A stretch of 63,355 nucleotides of DNA, counting the filler, from Chiloscyllium plagiosum (taxonomy: Eukaryota), in the NCBI RefSeq assembly GCF_004010195.1. It is 6 parts of one record of this genome, joined end to end, with 100 filler letters (N's around TTAATTAATTAA, not from the genome) between each part and the next. Parts side by side here need not be neighbours in the genome. Positions count along the whole stretch, not along the records: positions 1 to 26,606 come from NC_057715.1; positions 26,707 to 46,851 come from NC_057715.1; 4 more parts are not named here. One strand, given 5' to 3'. The first letter of the stretch is position 1. Each line of letters starts with the position of its first letter. The notes beneath the pieces were generated by a model. That model did no database searches. It was not told the origin of the DNA and saw only the letters and a list, made by a program, of their open reading frames with translations. Of this stretch, positions 24,673 through 37,600 are shown piece after piece. The translations under genes were made by a program, and so were the position numbers.

Positions 24673-26302
24673 GGACTTCAAACAGGCAATACGCAGCTAG
24701 CCTTGTCATTAGCAAATGTAGCAAGTGGAGCATGGGAACAACAGGGCATCCCAACTCCCTTACGTCCCCAACTGAGCTAGGGGAACACCATATTGGTGTA
24801 GGCAATGGCAGGGCATGTCCTGAGCAGAGTGACTCTAGGCCAACCCACAGCAGAACCCCACAATAAAGCTGAGACTCCACTAAGTGGCTAAAAAGTTCTT
24901 GAGGATCTGGGCTGGCATGCCATTGTAGTTGCTGCTGGTACTCGGACACGAGACAGCAAAGGAGTCCTACAAGGCCTGACTCGAGTAGGAAAACTCAGGA
25001 GCCAGTACCCAGGAGAGTGCACACCCTGGAAAGTTCTCCGAGGTGTGGGTTGGAACAAATAAATTGCTTAGTGACACCCAAATCGGAGCTAATTAAAATT
25101 AATGTTTGGTTAAATGGTCACCCAAGTGAGGTCGAAAGCAGCACAGCTGTATCTGTGGTTGCAGAATCTATCTTTAACAAGATTCACTCAGGACTCACCC
25201 TTTAAGCTTGTGCAAGACCTCAGCGAGACTGAGAACATACACTGGGGGACCATTGCAAATTAAGTGTACAACTTTAATACCTTTACGGATGGGGATGTGT
25301 CATAGTAACAGTTCACAAACTCCTACTAGGATTGCTGAAGGAAGATAAAAAGTTGCCGCCCAAAACTTCCAGTAGAATTCAGCATTGGGCCCTTATTCTC
25401 AGTGTGTACCAGTTAGAACACTATCCAGAAAGCCAAGTGGCTAATGCGGATGCCTTGAGCCACCTCCTCCTGACCACTTCCACCGGTGGTGCTTCCCTGG
25501 AAGTGTCTGTTTTGGTTTTGAACTTCCTGAGCATCTTGCCAGTCACTACTGACAATATCCAAAAGTGGACACAAGAAGATCCTGTCCTAGTGAACCTGAA
25601 ACAACTGGTAAAGGGGAGAACAGAAGGGCCGTCGCAACCCGGATCAAAATGTTTCTGGACCTGGCGAGACCGGTTTACCGTAGGGGATGGCATATTACTG
25701 TGGGAGAGCAAGGGCGATTGTCCCAAGTAAAGGTCATCACTAGATTCTGGCCAAACTCTACAAGAGTCATCCAGGGGTTTCCAAGATGAAGATGCTAACA
25801 AGAAGCTATGTCTAGTGGCCTGGATTGGATGCCACCATAGCTGCATTGGTTGGGCAGTGTCCAGAGTACCAACAAGGACAAGAATTGCCACCAGCAGTGC
25901 CCCACGTTTGTGGGAATGGCTGGGAAAATCCTGGACTTGGTCGGCTGAATTGGTCCTTTTAAAGGCTCAAATGTTCCTGGTCATTGTGGATGCCAATTCA
26001 AAGCAGTTGGACTTGTGTAAGGTTCGTTCAGTAACTCAAGGATGACAATTGAGAAGCCGTGATCATTGTTCATCATATACAAACCCCCGGAAACATTGGT
26101 AACAGACAATTATTTACCAGCACGTTATTTTTTTAAAGTCCTTTGATGTGAAGGGCAGTGTTTGTCACTGGCCACTCGGGTGTTTTCCTGTCTTCCTGGT
26201 GGTGGCATTTGAATAAAGATTCGTAAAAAAAAAATATATATAACCAGAAATCTGCTCAATTCAGGTGACTGACTTTGAGCTGACAGGCCACAGTATATAA
26301 AG

Positions 26303-26433
26303 TTAAAAATCACACAACACCAGATTGGGTTTATTTGGAAGCACTAGCTTTCAGACCACTGCTCCTTCATCAGGTAGCTACCTGATTCTTAACATTGTCC
26401 ACACCAGTCCAACACCGGCACCTCCACATCAAA
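26303..26433. mobile_element. Short hairpin-type PLE derivative (family B) inserted in the Gypsy 3' LTR region, 9 bp TSD
   Basis: tatataaag at 26294-26302 and 26434-26442; minus strand ctgatgaaggagcagtggtctgaaagcta; tail ccagtccaacaccggcacctccacatca. Confidence 0.8.
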
Positions 26434-26606
26434 TATATAAAGAGTGACTTGGTGATGAGATACTGGCCTCTGTGCAGTTATTTCATTGATGTCTACACAA
26501 ACAGGTAAGCAGTGTTTTTGTGGTTGGATTGGCATCACCAGGGGTAATCAGGCAGGCCTCTGCAAGAACAGACAAGTGGTTGGTGAAGGCTGTTGCTATG
26601 GGAGGA

Positions 26607-26706
26607 NNNNNNNNNNNNNNNNNNNNNNNNNNNNNNNNNNNNNNNNNNNNTTAATTAATTAANNNNNNNNNNNNNNNNNNNNNNNNNNNNNNNNNNNNNN
26701 NNNNNN
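26607..26706. other. Artificial 100 bp contig linker
   Basis: 44 N + TTAATTAATTAA + 44 N. Confidence 0.95.
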
Positions 26707-27960
26707 GAATCTATTGAACTCTGGAAAATAATCACCAACGCATCCATGATTTCTCGAGCCACCTCCTTCAGTACCCTGGGATGTAGACCATCAGGCCCAG
26801 GGACTTATTAACCTTCAGACCTAACAGTCTCTCCAACACCAATTCCTGGCAAATGTAAATTGCCTTAAGTTCAAGTACTTCAGCCACTGTTACCTCTGGG
26901 AGATTGCTTGTGTCTTCCCCAGTGAACACAGATCTGAAGTACCAATTCAATTCTTCTGCCATTTCTTTGTTCCCCGTAATATGTTCCCCTGTTTCTGTCT
27001 TCAAGGGCCCAATTTTAGTCTTAACCATTTTTTTGCCTTTCACATACCTAAAAAGCTTTTATTATCCTCCTTTATATTTTTGGCCAGTTTACCTTCTTAC
27101 CTCATTTTTTTCTCTGCGTATTTCCTTCTTAGTAATCCTCTGTTGTTCTTTAAAAGCTTCCCAGTCCTCCGTTTTCCCACTTATCTTTGCTATGTTATAC
27201 TTTTTCTCTTTTAACTTGATATNNNNNNNNNNNNNNNNNNNNNNNNNNNNNNNNNNNNNNNNNNNNNNNNNNNNNNNNNNNNNNNNNNNNNNNNNNNNNN
27301 NNNNNNNNNNNNNNNNNNNNNNNNNNNNNNNNNNNNNNNNNNNNNNNNNNNNNNNNNNNNNNNNNNNNNNNNNNNNNNNNNNNNNNNNNNNNNNNNNNNN
27401 NNNNNNNNNNNNNNNNNNNNNNNNNNNNNNNNNNNNNNNNNNNNNNNNNNNNNNNNNNNNNNNNNNNNNNNNNNNNNNNNNNNNNNNNNNNNNNNNNNNN
27501 NNNNNNNNNNNNNNNNNNNNNNNNNNNNNNNNNNNNNNNNNNNNNNNNNNNNNNNNNNNNNNNNNNNNNNNNNNNNNNNNNNNNNNNNNNNNNNNNNNNN
27601 NNNNNNNNNNNNNNNNNNNNNNNNNNNNNNNNNNNNNNNNNNNNNNNNNNNNNNNNNNNNNNNNNNNNNNNNNNNNNCTCCCTTACCAACAAGGCCACCC
27701 CACCCCCTCTGCCCGTCAGTCTGTCCTTACGATAGCACGTGTAGCCTTGAATATTCATTTCCCAGGCCCTGTCCACTTGAAGCCACGTCTCAGTTATCCC
27801 ACAATATCGTATCTGCCAATTTCCAAAAGAGCCTCAAGCTCATCCATCTTATTTCTGATGCTACATGCATTCATATATAGTATTTTTAATTTGTTATTGC
27901 CCTCACCCTTCCCATCAACTCCTATTTCACTCAACCTTACTCACCCTTCCCATCAACTCC
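26707..27960 (-). mobile_element. CR1 LINE fragment (endonuclease to linker region) with an N gap
   Basis: IQGYTCYRKDRLTGRGGGVALLVRE; IGPLKTETGE...EMAEELNWYFRSVFT. Confidence 0.85.
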
Positions 27961-28120
27961 TATTTCACTCAACCTTACAGCATGATCCCAGATGGTCATT
28001 GAGTTACACTAGTGCGGCACAAATGTAATTTGGTAATTGTCAGCCTAAACTAGATACTGCCCAGATTTTGCTGCATTTGGAAATAGGCTGCTTCAATATC
28101 TGAAATTTACAGTGTTATGT

Positions 28121-28214
28121 AACGCTCTGAAAGCTAGTGTGCTTCCAATCAAACCAGCTGTTGTGTGATTTTTAATTTTGTACACCCCAGTTCAACACCG
28201 ACATCTCCAAATCA
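28121..28214 (+). mobile_element. PLE-terminus fragment (family B)
   Basis: gctctgaaagctagtgtgcttccaat...gtacaccccagttcaacaccgacatctccaaatca. Confidence 0.75.
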
Positions 28215-28760
28215 TCAAGAAACATCCCACTTTGCACTTATGATGAAGAGAAGGTAATTGGTGAAGAAGCTGAAGATGGTTGGGCCAAGGACCCTCCCCT
28301 GAGGAACACCTGCAGACATGTCCTGGACCTGGAAAAACTGACCTCCAACAACCACAACCATCTTCCTTTGTGCCAGATTTGACACTTACCAGTGCAGAGT
28401 TTCCCCTGATTCCCAGAGACTCCCATTTTGCAAGGGCTCCTTGATGTCACACACAATAAAATGTGACTAAAAGAGCAATCACTCTCTCCTTCCTTCTGGA
28501 GTTCAGCGCTTTTATCTATGCTTTAAACAAGGTGGTAATAAGGTTAGGTTATGAGTAGACCAGGCTGAATCCAAACGGGGCATCTGTGATCAAGTTATTG
28601 CTCAGGAGAGCTCATTTGAAAGCACTGTTGATGACCCCTTCTGTCACTTAACAGATAATCAAGAGTGGACTGTTGAAGTGGCAATTGGCCAGGTTGGAAT
28701 TGTCCTGCTTTATGTATACATTACATACCTGGGCAATTTTCCATATTGATGGGTAGATAC
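28215..28760 (-). mobile_element. Old CR1/L2-group LINE RT fragment
   Basis: Reverse complement contains gcaggtgttcctcaggggagggtccttggcccaaccatcttcagc (AGVPQGRVLGPTIFS). Confidence 0.75.
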
Positions 28761-28858
28761 CATTTATAATCTTACCATCTTCAGTTGCTTCATCAATGAC
28801 CTTCTGATCATTATTGGGTTTGAAGTGGTAATGTTCACTGATTCCATAATCCTCAGTT

Positions 28859-30326
28859 AAAAATCACACAATGCCTGATTATAGTCCAACAGGTTTATTT
28901 GGAAGCACTAGCTTTTGGAGTGCTGCTCCTTCATCAGATGGTTGTGGTGTATAAGATCGTAAGACACATTCATTATAGTAAAAGTTTACAGTGTGATGTA
29001 ACTGAAATTATATATTGGAAAATACCTGGATTGTTTATTGAGTCTCTCATCTTTTAGAATGACCATGTTGGTTTTAGTTCTGTTTTTTTCAAGTTACATT
29101 CTCAAGAGAACTTTAACAATAGGTGCTATGTCGGCCCAGATAATGCATTGAAGGTGTGAAGCTGTCTGTGCCCCAATGTTCAGACTGATTCCACTTCTAA
29201 AAAAGGAATTTACAGAACTTTACATGGATTCATGCAGTTTTTGAGCAAAATAAAACGTAATTGTGCCAGTAAAAATTCACCCCACAAACTTATATGCATG
29301 TGTGCATGTGTGTGTGTGCGCACGTGTGTGTGTATGTGGGGGGGGGGTATGAGTATCTGTGAGAGACTGTGTGAGTGTAAAGGCATATAAGTCTGTCAGA
29401 GGGTGTATGTGTGAGTGTGTACATGAGAGAGGGTCTGCATGCATGTATGGGTCTGTAGGTGTGTGCGTGTGTAATGCAGTGCGGTCACTATAGTGTGACA
29501 TGAATCTGTGTGTGTCTCTGTCTCTCTCTCTCTCACCTACAGACCCATACACCCATGCAGACCCTCTTTCATACGCTCATACATACACACCCACACATGC
29601 ACCCTATCACAGTCTTATATCCCTTTACACACATACACACACTCTCACCACCTGCCCCCTCAATGCACACACATACATTTGTGAGGTGAATTTGTACTTG
29701 CAGATTTACATTTTATTTTGCTCAAAAACTGCATGAGTCCATGTAAAATTCCATAAATCCTTTTTTTTTAGAAATCGAACCAGTTTGAACATTGGGACTT
29801 AGACAGCCTCACACTGGGCACCTCACTCACATCTGAGCCGACATGGCATCTATTGTTAAAGTTCATTTGAGAATATAACTTTGAAAAAGAATTCTCGGAT
29901 TTATACATAAAAGAACTGAAACCAACATGGTCATTATAATAGATGAGAGACTTAACAAACAACCCAGGTCTTTTTCAGTGTATCATTTCAGTTGCATCAC
30001 ACTGTAACTTTTTCTATAAATTCTGTGTCTTACAATCTTATACTCCACAGCCACCTGATAAAGGAGCAGCACTCCGAAAACTAGTGCTTCCAAATAAACC
30101 TATTGGACTATGATCTGGTGTTGTGTGATTTTTAACTTTGAGAAAGTGAGGACTGCAGATGCTGGAGATCAGAACTTAAAAATGTGTTGCTGGAAAAGCG
30201 CAGCAGGTCAGGCAGCACCAAAGGAGCAGGAGAATCGACATTTTGGGCATAAACGTCAATTTTCCTGCTCCTTTGATTTTTAACTTTGTCTACCACAGTC
30301 CAACACAGGCTCCTCCAAATCATACC
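28859..30326. mobile_element. ~1.5 kb foldback element made of two head-to-head PLE termini (family B)
   Basis: ~28856-29460 and ~29535-30137 are diverged inverted copies, each with a degenerate hammerhead near the outer end; flanked by taatcctcagtt (28847-28858) and taaccctcagtt (30327-30338). Confidence 0.85.
30141..30273 (-). mobile_element. Family A hairpin PLE derivative nested in the family B terminus, perfect 15 bp TSD
   Basis: tgatttttaactttg at 30126-30140 and 30274-30288. Confidence 0.88.
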
Positions 30327-30338
30327 TAACCCTCAGTT

Positions 30339-30920
30339 TGCGATATATTAGCAGCAAGGCTAGATAGCATTCAGGCTCAGATTGATTAGTGACATGTAAC
30401 ATTCATGCCTCACAAATGCCAGGTAATGACCGTCTCCATCAAAAGAGAAGTTAACCACCTCTCTTTGCATTCAATGGCATTATCATTATTGAATTCCCCA
30501 CTCTGCTGGAGATTATCATTGAACAGCAGCTTAACGAGAGCAACCATACAAACACTCTAGTGATCAAAGGAGATTAGATGAGAACTTTCCAGCCTAACTC
30601 TCTCCGGAGCTCATTTGCCGTCAATAACCAAGAAATTGATGAAATGCTGCCCACTTTCCTGGACAGGTTCACCTGCAACAAAACTCAACAAGCTTGATGC
30701 CAACTTAAACAAAGCAACCCACTTAAGAGGCACCCCAGCCTCAACCTTAAACATTCACTCCCACTATTAGTAACATGAGGTGACAGCAGGCAGCATACAC
30801 ATTGCAGCAACTCTCCAAGGCGGCTTCAGCAGCAGCTCACAAGCTTATGATTACTACCACCTGGAAGATCAAAATCCACAGCCAGGTGGGAATAGTAACA
30901 CATGCAACTATGCTCCAAGT
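30339..30920 (+). mobile_element. Old CR1/L2-group LINE fragment, continuing from ~28775-28858
   Basis: Colinear similarity to 31110-31800; the upstream piece reads ccatcttcagttgcttcatcaatgacc. Confidence 0.6.
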
Positions 30921-31109
30921 CACGTCACAATCTGACAGTGCATGCAGCCCCATGAAAATCTCAACAGACACCACTCATAAGCTGCTCAAATACCTCCTTT
31001 GGCCTATTCAGGGATTGTGCAAGATTGTGACCTTGCTCATCCTAGCCCTAGTGAACATAACCAGCACTGAGAATGCTTGCTGGGAACTGACATGCAAGGT
31101 AGCAGCAAT

Positions 31110-31985
31110 ACTTCTATTCATCATAAGGTCAGAAGTGTAGATGTTTGCTGATTACATAAAGTTCAGAGCCAAGTGGTACCGAAGCAGTCTACATCCAAGT
31201 GCAGCAAGACCTGGACAATATCCAGCTTTGGGATGACAAGTAGCAAGTAAAATTCACACTATACAAGAACCACAACCTCCAATTATCATCTCCAAAAACC
31301 AAAATATCTAGCCATTGCTGAATACCTTACTTGTGAAATTCTGGTGTTTTCCATTGACAGGAACTGAACTGGATCAGCCTTATAAATGCTGTGACTATAA
31401 GAGCAGGTCAGAGCCGAGGAATCCTAAGCAAATAACTCACTTCCTGTCTTCTCGGTATGGGTCCATCATCTACTAGGCTCAAGTGAGGAGTGTGATGCAA
31501 TCCTCCCCACTTGCTGGATGGGTGCAGCTCCAACAACACCAAAGAAGCCTGTTACTATCCAGGACAAAGTAGCCAGTTTGATTAGCACCAAATCCACAAA
31601 CCCTCACTACCTCCACCAATGCTCAGTAGTAGTGTTGTATACTGTCTACAAGATGCATGAAATTCACCAAAGTTTCTTAGACAGCACCTTCTAAACCCAC
31701 AACCACGTCTATCTAGAAGTACAAATGAAGTAGATACATGGGAGCACTATGACCTGCAACTTCCCCTCCAAGCCCCACTCACTATACTGACTTGGAAATT
31801 TATTGCCAACCTTTCAGTGTCACGGGAAAGCTCTCCCTTACAGCATTGTCAGTACACCTACAGCACATGGTCTGTAGTTGTTGAAGATAGTAGCTCATCA
31901 CCACCTTCTCAAGGGCAACTAGGCATAGACAATAAACGATAACCAAGTCAGCACCACCCACATCCCATGGAAGAATTAAAAAACA
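31110..31985 (+). mobile_element. Old CR1/L2-group LINE 3' portion
   Basis: atgtttgctgattac (MFAD-), cagcaagacctggacaatatccag (QQDLDNIQ); 3' tail gggcaactagg...cccacatcccatggaagaattaaaaaa. Confidence 0.75.
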
Positions 31986-32901
31986 ATGTTGGGGTGCTTG
32001 AACCATTCATGCCCAGACTAGATCCAACAATGAGCCTTTGAACCTGCCTTGAATTACTGTGAAATATTCGGTTTTGATGTTATGCTGTCGTTTTATTTTG
32101 TTTCAAAACAAACTGCATATCTGATTGACGGAAACCCAAACCATGGTTATACTTTGGTGTGTCTTTTTCTTAAACTTGAAAAAGATAACATATCTATCGA
32201 AGTTGCAAGTTAAATGTTCTTTGCCTTCACGCAAAAAAATACAAGCTTAAAGGTATCACTATTTCATAAGGGAAATCAATCATGATGCTCTCCAGAGGTT
32301 GTAACAACATTTGCTAGACGTTTTCTGTAGTTCATAACTGATCTGAAGTCAAACTCCGTGCTCTTCTGGGTAACCTCAGATGTAAACTTCTAAAATCACT
32401 TTCCTTAATACCCCTGTGAATGTCAACAAAGCTCAAGACAAACATTTCACCATTAAATGCATAATAATAAAGAGATCACAAAACAGCTTGTACTTCTCAA
32501 ATACCATTAATATGAAATGCAATTCAAGCAATAAGCCCTAACTAGAGCATTTTCTCATACTGGGTAGAATTTCCATGGTTCTCTCAATTGTCTGCTGTAA
32601 TTGTTTATCTAGAATTTCATCTAACGTTTCAGTGGGAGAACACACACTGACTTTTCAGAAAAGCTCTTTTTTTTTTGAAGTTATAATTGATGTAAATACA
32701 ATTCCATTCAGCCTGCATAGACTAGAATTTGAATAATAGAGCACAGTGCCTGTCATTTGCAGTATTGGTGCCAATTGGGTTACATTCTGTAGAACACTAA
32801 AGACTTGACTGAGGACTGAAAAACTATGGCAAGTATCTGACTGAAAACGCTTGGATTTATTTGTGGCCTTCTGGATTTAAACCCATTTAATTAGCTACCA
32901 G

Positions 32902-34130
32902 GTCATAGAGTCATAGAAATACACTTCACGGAAACGGTCCAACTCGTCCCTGCTGACCAGATATCCCAACCTAATCTAGTCCCATTTGCCAATACTTGAC
33001 CCATATCCCTGTAAGCCCTTACTATTCGTATACCCATCCAGATGCCCTTTAAATGTTGCAATTGTACCAGCCTCCAATACTTCCTTTGGCAGCCCGTTCC
33101 TTACACGTTACACATTCTGCATGAAAATGTTTCCGTTCGGTCCCTTTTATATATTTTCCCCTCACCCTAAACCTATGCCCTCTAGTTCTGGATTCCCCCA
33201 CCCCAGGGAAAAGACTTTGTTTATTTATCCTATCCATGCCCCTCATGATTTTATAAACCTCTATGAGGTCACCCCTTAATCCTAAACACTCCAGGGAAAA
33301 AAGCCCCTCCCTATAGTCTCTCCCTATAGCTCAAATCCTGCAATCCTGCTAACATTCTTGTAAATCTTTTCTGAACCTTTCCAAGTTTCACAACATCCTT
33401 TCAATAGGAAGGTGACCAGAATTGCACGCAATATTCCAAAAGTGGCCTAAAAAACGTCTTGGACAGCTGCAACATGACCTCCCAACTTCTATCCTCAATG
33501 CTCTGACCAATAAAAGAAAGCATATCAAACACCTTCTTTACTATCCTATCTACCTGTGACTCCACTTTTAAGGAGCTATGAACCTGCACTCCAAGGTCTG
33601 TTGGGTTCAGCAACACTCCCTAGGACCTTACCATTAAGTGTATAAGATTTGCTTTCCCAAAATGCAGCACTTTGTATTTATCTAAATTAAACTCCCTCTG
33701 CCACTCCTCAGCCCATTGGCCCATCTGATCAAGATCCTGTTGTAATCTGAGGTAACCTTCTTCGCTGTTCATACACCTCCAATTTTGGTGTCATCTGCAA
33801 ACTTACTAACTATATCTCCCATGTTCATATCCAAATCATTTATATAAATGATGAAAGGTAGCGGCAGCACCGATCCTTGTGGGATTCCACTGGCCACAGG
33901 CCTCCAGTCTGAAAAACAATCCTCCACTGCTACCCTCTGTCTTCTTACTTTTGAGCCAGTTCTGTACACAAATGGCTAGTTCTCCCTGTATTCCATGATC
34001 TCTAACCTTGCTAGCCAGTCTCCCATGGGGAACCTAGTGGAATGCCTTACTGAAATCCATACAGATCACTTCTACCACACTGCCCTCATCAATCCTTCTT
34101 GTTAATTTTTCAAAAGACTCAATCAAGTTC
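32902..34130 (-). mobile_element. 5'-truncated CR1 LINE
   Basis: (TCTATGAC) tail; SGIPQGSVL, KFADDTKIGGV, RPLLEYCVQFWSP. Confidence 0.9.
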
Positions 34131-34179
34131 AGGTGATCTTAAAATAAATTGAATCCTGTATCTGGACTGGTGTTTTATG

Positions 34180-34515
34180 TCATAGAATCCCTACAGTGTG
34201 AAAACAGGTCATTTGGCTCAGTAGGTCCACACCAAACAGTGTCCCATCCAGACTCATCCCCCTACCCCTGCATTTCCCATATCTTACCCACCTAGTCTGC
34301 ACATCCCTGAACACTATGGGCACTTTAGCACAGCCAATCTGCCTAACTTGCATATCTTTGGACTGTGGGAGGAAACCGGAGCACCCGGCAGTTACCCATT
34401 CAGACATGGGGAGAATATTCAAACACCACGCAGATAGTCGCCCAAGGGTAGAATCGAATCTGGGTCCTTGGTGCTGTGAAGCAGCAGTGCTAACCACTGA
34501 ACCACCATGTTGCCC
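34180..34515 (-). mobile_element. HE1-type V-SINE, older copy
   Basis: tRNA head, V-domain (GGGTGCTCCGGTTTCCTCCCACAGTCCAAAGA), GGGATTCTATGA tail. Confidence 0.85.
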
Positions 34516-35844
34516 ATTTGGATAAGCTTTAAAGATAACTTGTCAGAGTGAAAGGTTGTGGATATACTAGATTTTGTATATATAAAAACTTGTATGTATC
34601 ATCTTTTATTCAAAGTTAGTTCAATCCTGAATTGAATCTTTAGTTGAGAGATCGTCCCTTTAAAAACAAGCCCAGGATATCTGCATAATGCCCAAAGCAA
34701 ATGATGCCGGTTTTTAATGAGTCCCATAGAATGGATTCTGAGGGTTGATTTCCAGATTTCCACCACACTTTATGTGAAGAAATGCTTCCCAACATGACTT
34801 CTAAACAGCCTAAAGATGAGTACAAGCATTTAGCCCCAGTACTAACTTGAAAGATCTGCGTTGAAGCTCTGCATGACCAATTCCTGTTACATGGTGCGTC
34901 AGAGTTTAGTTGACCACCATTACATGCAGCATCCAACAGCTGACTCAGTAAAGGTCCTGTGTGGAAGGAGGGAAGCCTGGTGTGCCAGTGCTGGTCCCAC
35001 AGCAGACCCTGGATGGCACCGCCAATTGTGACAGGAATGGCAGACTCATCTCTATGATGTGGCTACCAGGCTGAGCTGACCAGTGACTGCACTGGAAGCA
35101 CAGGGCCTGACTAATTATGCAGTGGGAGTGGATTGGAGGCTGGGGGTGGGGATGAAGGTGTGGAGGATGGTGGGGCTGAAAGAAGTCTGATAACCCACTG
35201 ACAGCTGTTGATGTCAGAGGTCTGCACATCATTTTTAAGGAGCACCTAGACATGTCTGTGGTAACTACAAGTACAGCTGTAATGTTGTAGGAGCAAATAG
35301 GAACCTTTTTTAAATAGCGCATTTAACATATCTTTGATCCAGCGATGTGATAACCTACTTTTCTCCGAGGCAATGTGAGAAAACAGCAAGCTTTAAGGAA
35401 TCTAGCCAATTAATGTTATCCTACCATACCACATAGATGGTCTGGTCTTCCTTGCTACAATGTATTGCCTGTCAACCTGTTCTACTTTTACATAGATTTC
35501 TTTCATTGTAGCTCATCAATATCTCAGCAGGAGACAATCAAGATACAACCCGCCACGCACTCATATTTATACATTTTATTGTCTTTCTTGAAATTCACTG
35601 TGGGTACAATTACTGTGCATAATTAAAAATAAGAAGACAGAATTACAACAATATTACTGTAATTCCTGTTTCTACAGAGGTACAGCCCTGGTACAGGTAT
35701 TACCAATCAAAGTAAATGTAGCTACGTCCTTTACAATGTCTCCAGTATTGACTGAAAACTTCTAAAGTCTTCACACATCACAAATGCAGTGACTTACTGA
35801 CACTTGGGAATAGATCAAGTTAGTTTTGTGATTATCATTTTTTT

Positions 35845-37600
35845 TTGTTTTATTTAATCTCAGGGAGCCTAGCTGGTATAGCCAGCGTTCATGCCCCTTC
35901 CATAATTACCCTTGAGCTGGTGGCAGTGAGTCACTTTTTAGAGCTATTACAGAGATTCTGGTGCACAGTAAATTCAACCACAGTGATGTGAGGGAAGTAT
36001 TTTATCCTCGAAATGATGATATGACAACATAGTTTCAAGTCAGGACAATGACTCGATTAAAGGAAGACTGTAGGTGGCAGTGTTTCCATGTCTTCTGCCC
36101 TTGTTTGTCTAAGTGGTAGAGGTCATGGGTCTGGAAGTCTGAAGTATTGCTGATTTGCTGCAGTGTTTTATCGATGGCATGCATTGGTGCCCCTGTGAGG
36201 TGGGAGTGAAGGACATGAATGTTTACAGCAGTAGATGAGGTGCTGATTAAGTGGTCTGCTTTGTCTTGGATGGTGCTGAACTTCTTGAGTGGAGCCACAG
36301 TCATTCAGGAAATGGAGATTAAACCATCACACTCCGGTTTTGTGCTGTACAGATGGTTGATACACTTTCAGGAGGCAGCAGGTGAAGTTATTTGCCATAG
36401 GATTCCCAGCCTTTGACTGGCTCTTGTAGCCACTCTATTTAATATAGATATGCCAGTTCATTTTCTGCTCAATACTAACAACCATTGATGGTAGTGGTGG
36501 AGTCAGTGATGGTAATGCCATTGATTATGAATGTGAGATGATTAGAGATGGAGATGGTCATTGACTGAAACTTGTACGGCGTGAATAAAAGTTGCCAATT
36601 ATCAGCTCAACCTTGATTCTTATCCAGGACTTGTTGAATGTGGGACAGACTGCTTCAGTGTTTGAGCAGTAGTAAATAATGCTGAACATTGTGCAATCAT
36701 CAGTGAATTTCTGTATTTCCAACTTTATCATGGAGGGAAGGTCATTGAAACAGCTGAACATACTTGGGTCAAGGACACCACCCTGAGGAACCCCTGCAGA
36801 GTTTATCTGAAGCTGAGATGGTGGTCCTCCATCTTCCTCTGTGCCAGGTGGAAATCCAACCAGCAGAGAGTTTTCCCCCGATTCCCTTTGGATCCAATTT
36901 TGCTCAGGCTCTTTAATGCCACATTCAGTCAATTGCAGCCTTGATGTTAAGGGCAGTAACTCTCACCTCACCTCTAGAATTAAGCTTTGTTGTCTATCTT
37001 TGGACCAAGTTGGCAATGAGGTCAGGATATGAGTGATCCAGGGAGAACCCAAACGGTATATCATTAAATTGATTGTTGTCTTAATCATTGCCTCTTGTCA
37101 GCTCTTGCCTTCCATCTGTTTGCTTACTTTGAGAGTGGACTGAAAAGCAATAATTAGTTGGAGAGGATTAGTCCAGCCTATTTTGAATAGATCCTACCAA
37201 GACAATATTCTGCTTTTTTTGGATAAATGCTAATTTTATAGCTGTACCAGAACAGTTTGGTGATGGCAGTGTCCAGTTCTGAAGCTTTAGTACTTCATGG
37301 ATGTTGTTATGCCTTTGTGGCATCACAACCTACAGTGATTTCTTGATATTATATGGTGTGAATTAACTTTGCTGAAATTGGCACTTATGATGGTGCAGCC
37401 TTCATCTGGAGGCTAGGATGGATCACCTACTCGACATGTCTGGCTGAAGGCATTTGCAAATGCTTTGAGCTGGGCTCTTCTATCATTGAGGATAGGGATA
37501 TACCTAGAGCCTTCTCCTCAGTGATGGTGTTTGATTGTTCATCATCACTCAGGACTGGATGTAACAGCACTGCAGAGCTTAGATCTGATTCATTGGTTAA
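35845..37600 (-). mobile_element. Old CR1/L2-group LINE fragment
   Basis: SAGVPQGGVLDP, KFTDDCTMF. Confidence 0.75.

Larger units (their letters stand above)
23830..26490 (+). mobile_element. Degenerate, internally deleted Gypsy (Mag-like) LTR retrotransposon
   Basis: gag: MPLFEKIDSFDPAVKDWAQYVERMQHFFWAND...PEAPDAKTFQEL and HLVCGIND; protease-like IKINVWLNGHP; RNase H tail RIQHWALILS...ANADALSHL; integrase HPG..KMKML, WPGLD, FLVIVDANSK, TLVTDN; LTR-like direct repeat at ~23848-23895 and ~26172-26222. No RT core is visible. Confidence 0.8.

Noticed and set aside
27902..27979. ~38 bp tandem duplication
   Set aside because: Ordinary slippage duplication within a CR1 fragment.
26904..28028. Long ORFs of 374 and 193 aa (likewise 2427-3521 and 3232-3816)
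   Set aside because: Length is inflated by N gaps; the real parts are CR1 fragments or their antisense.
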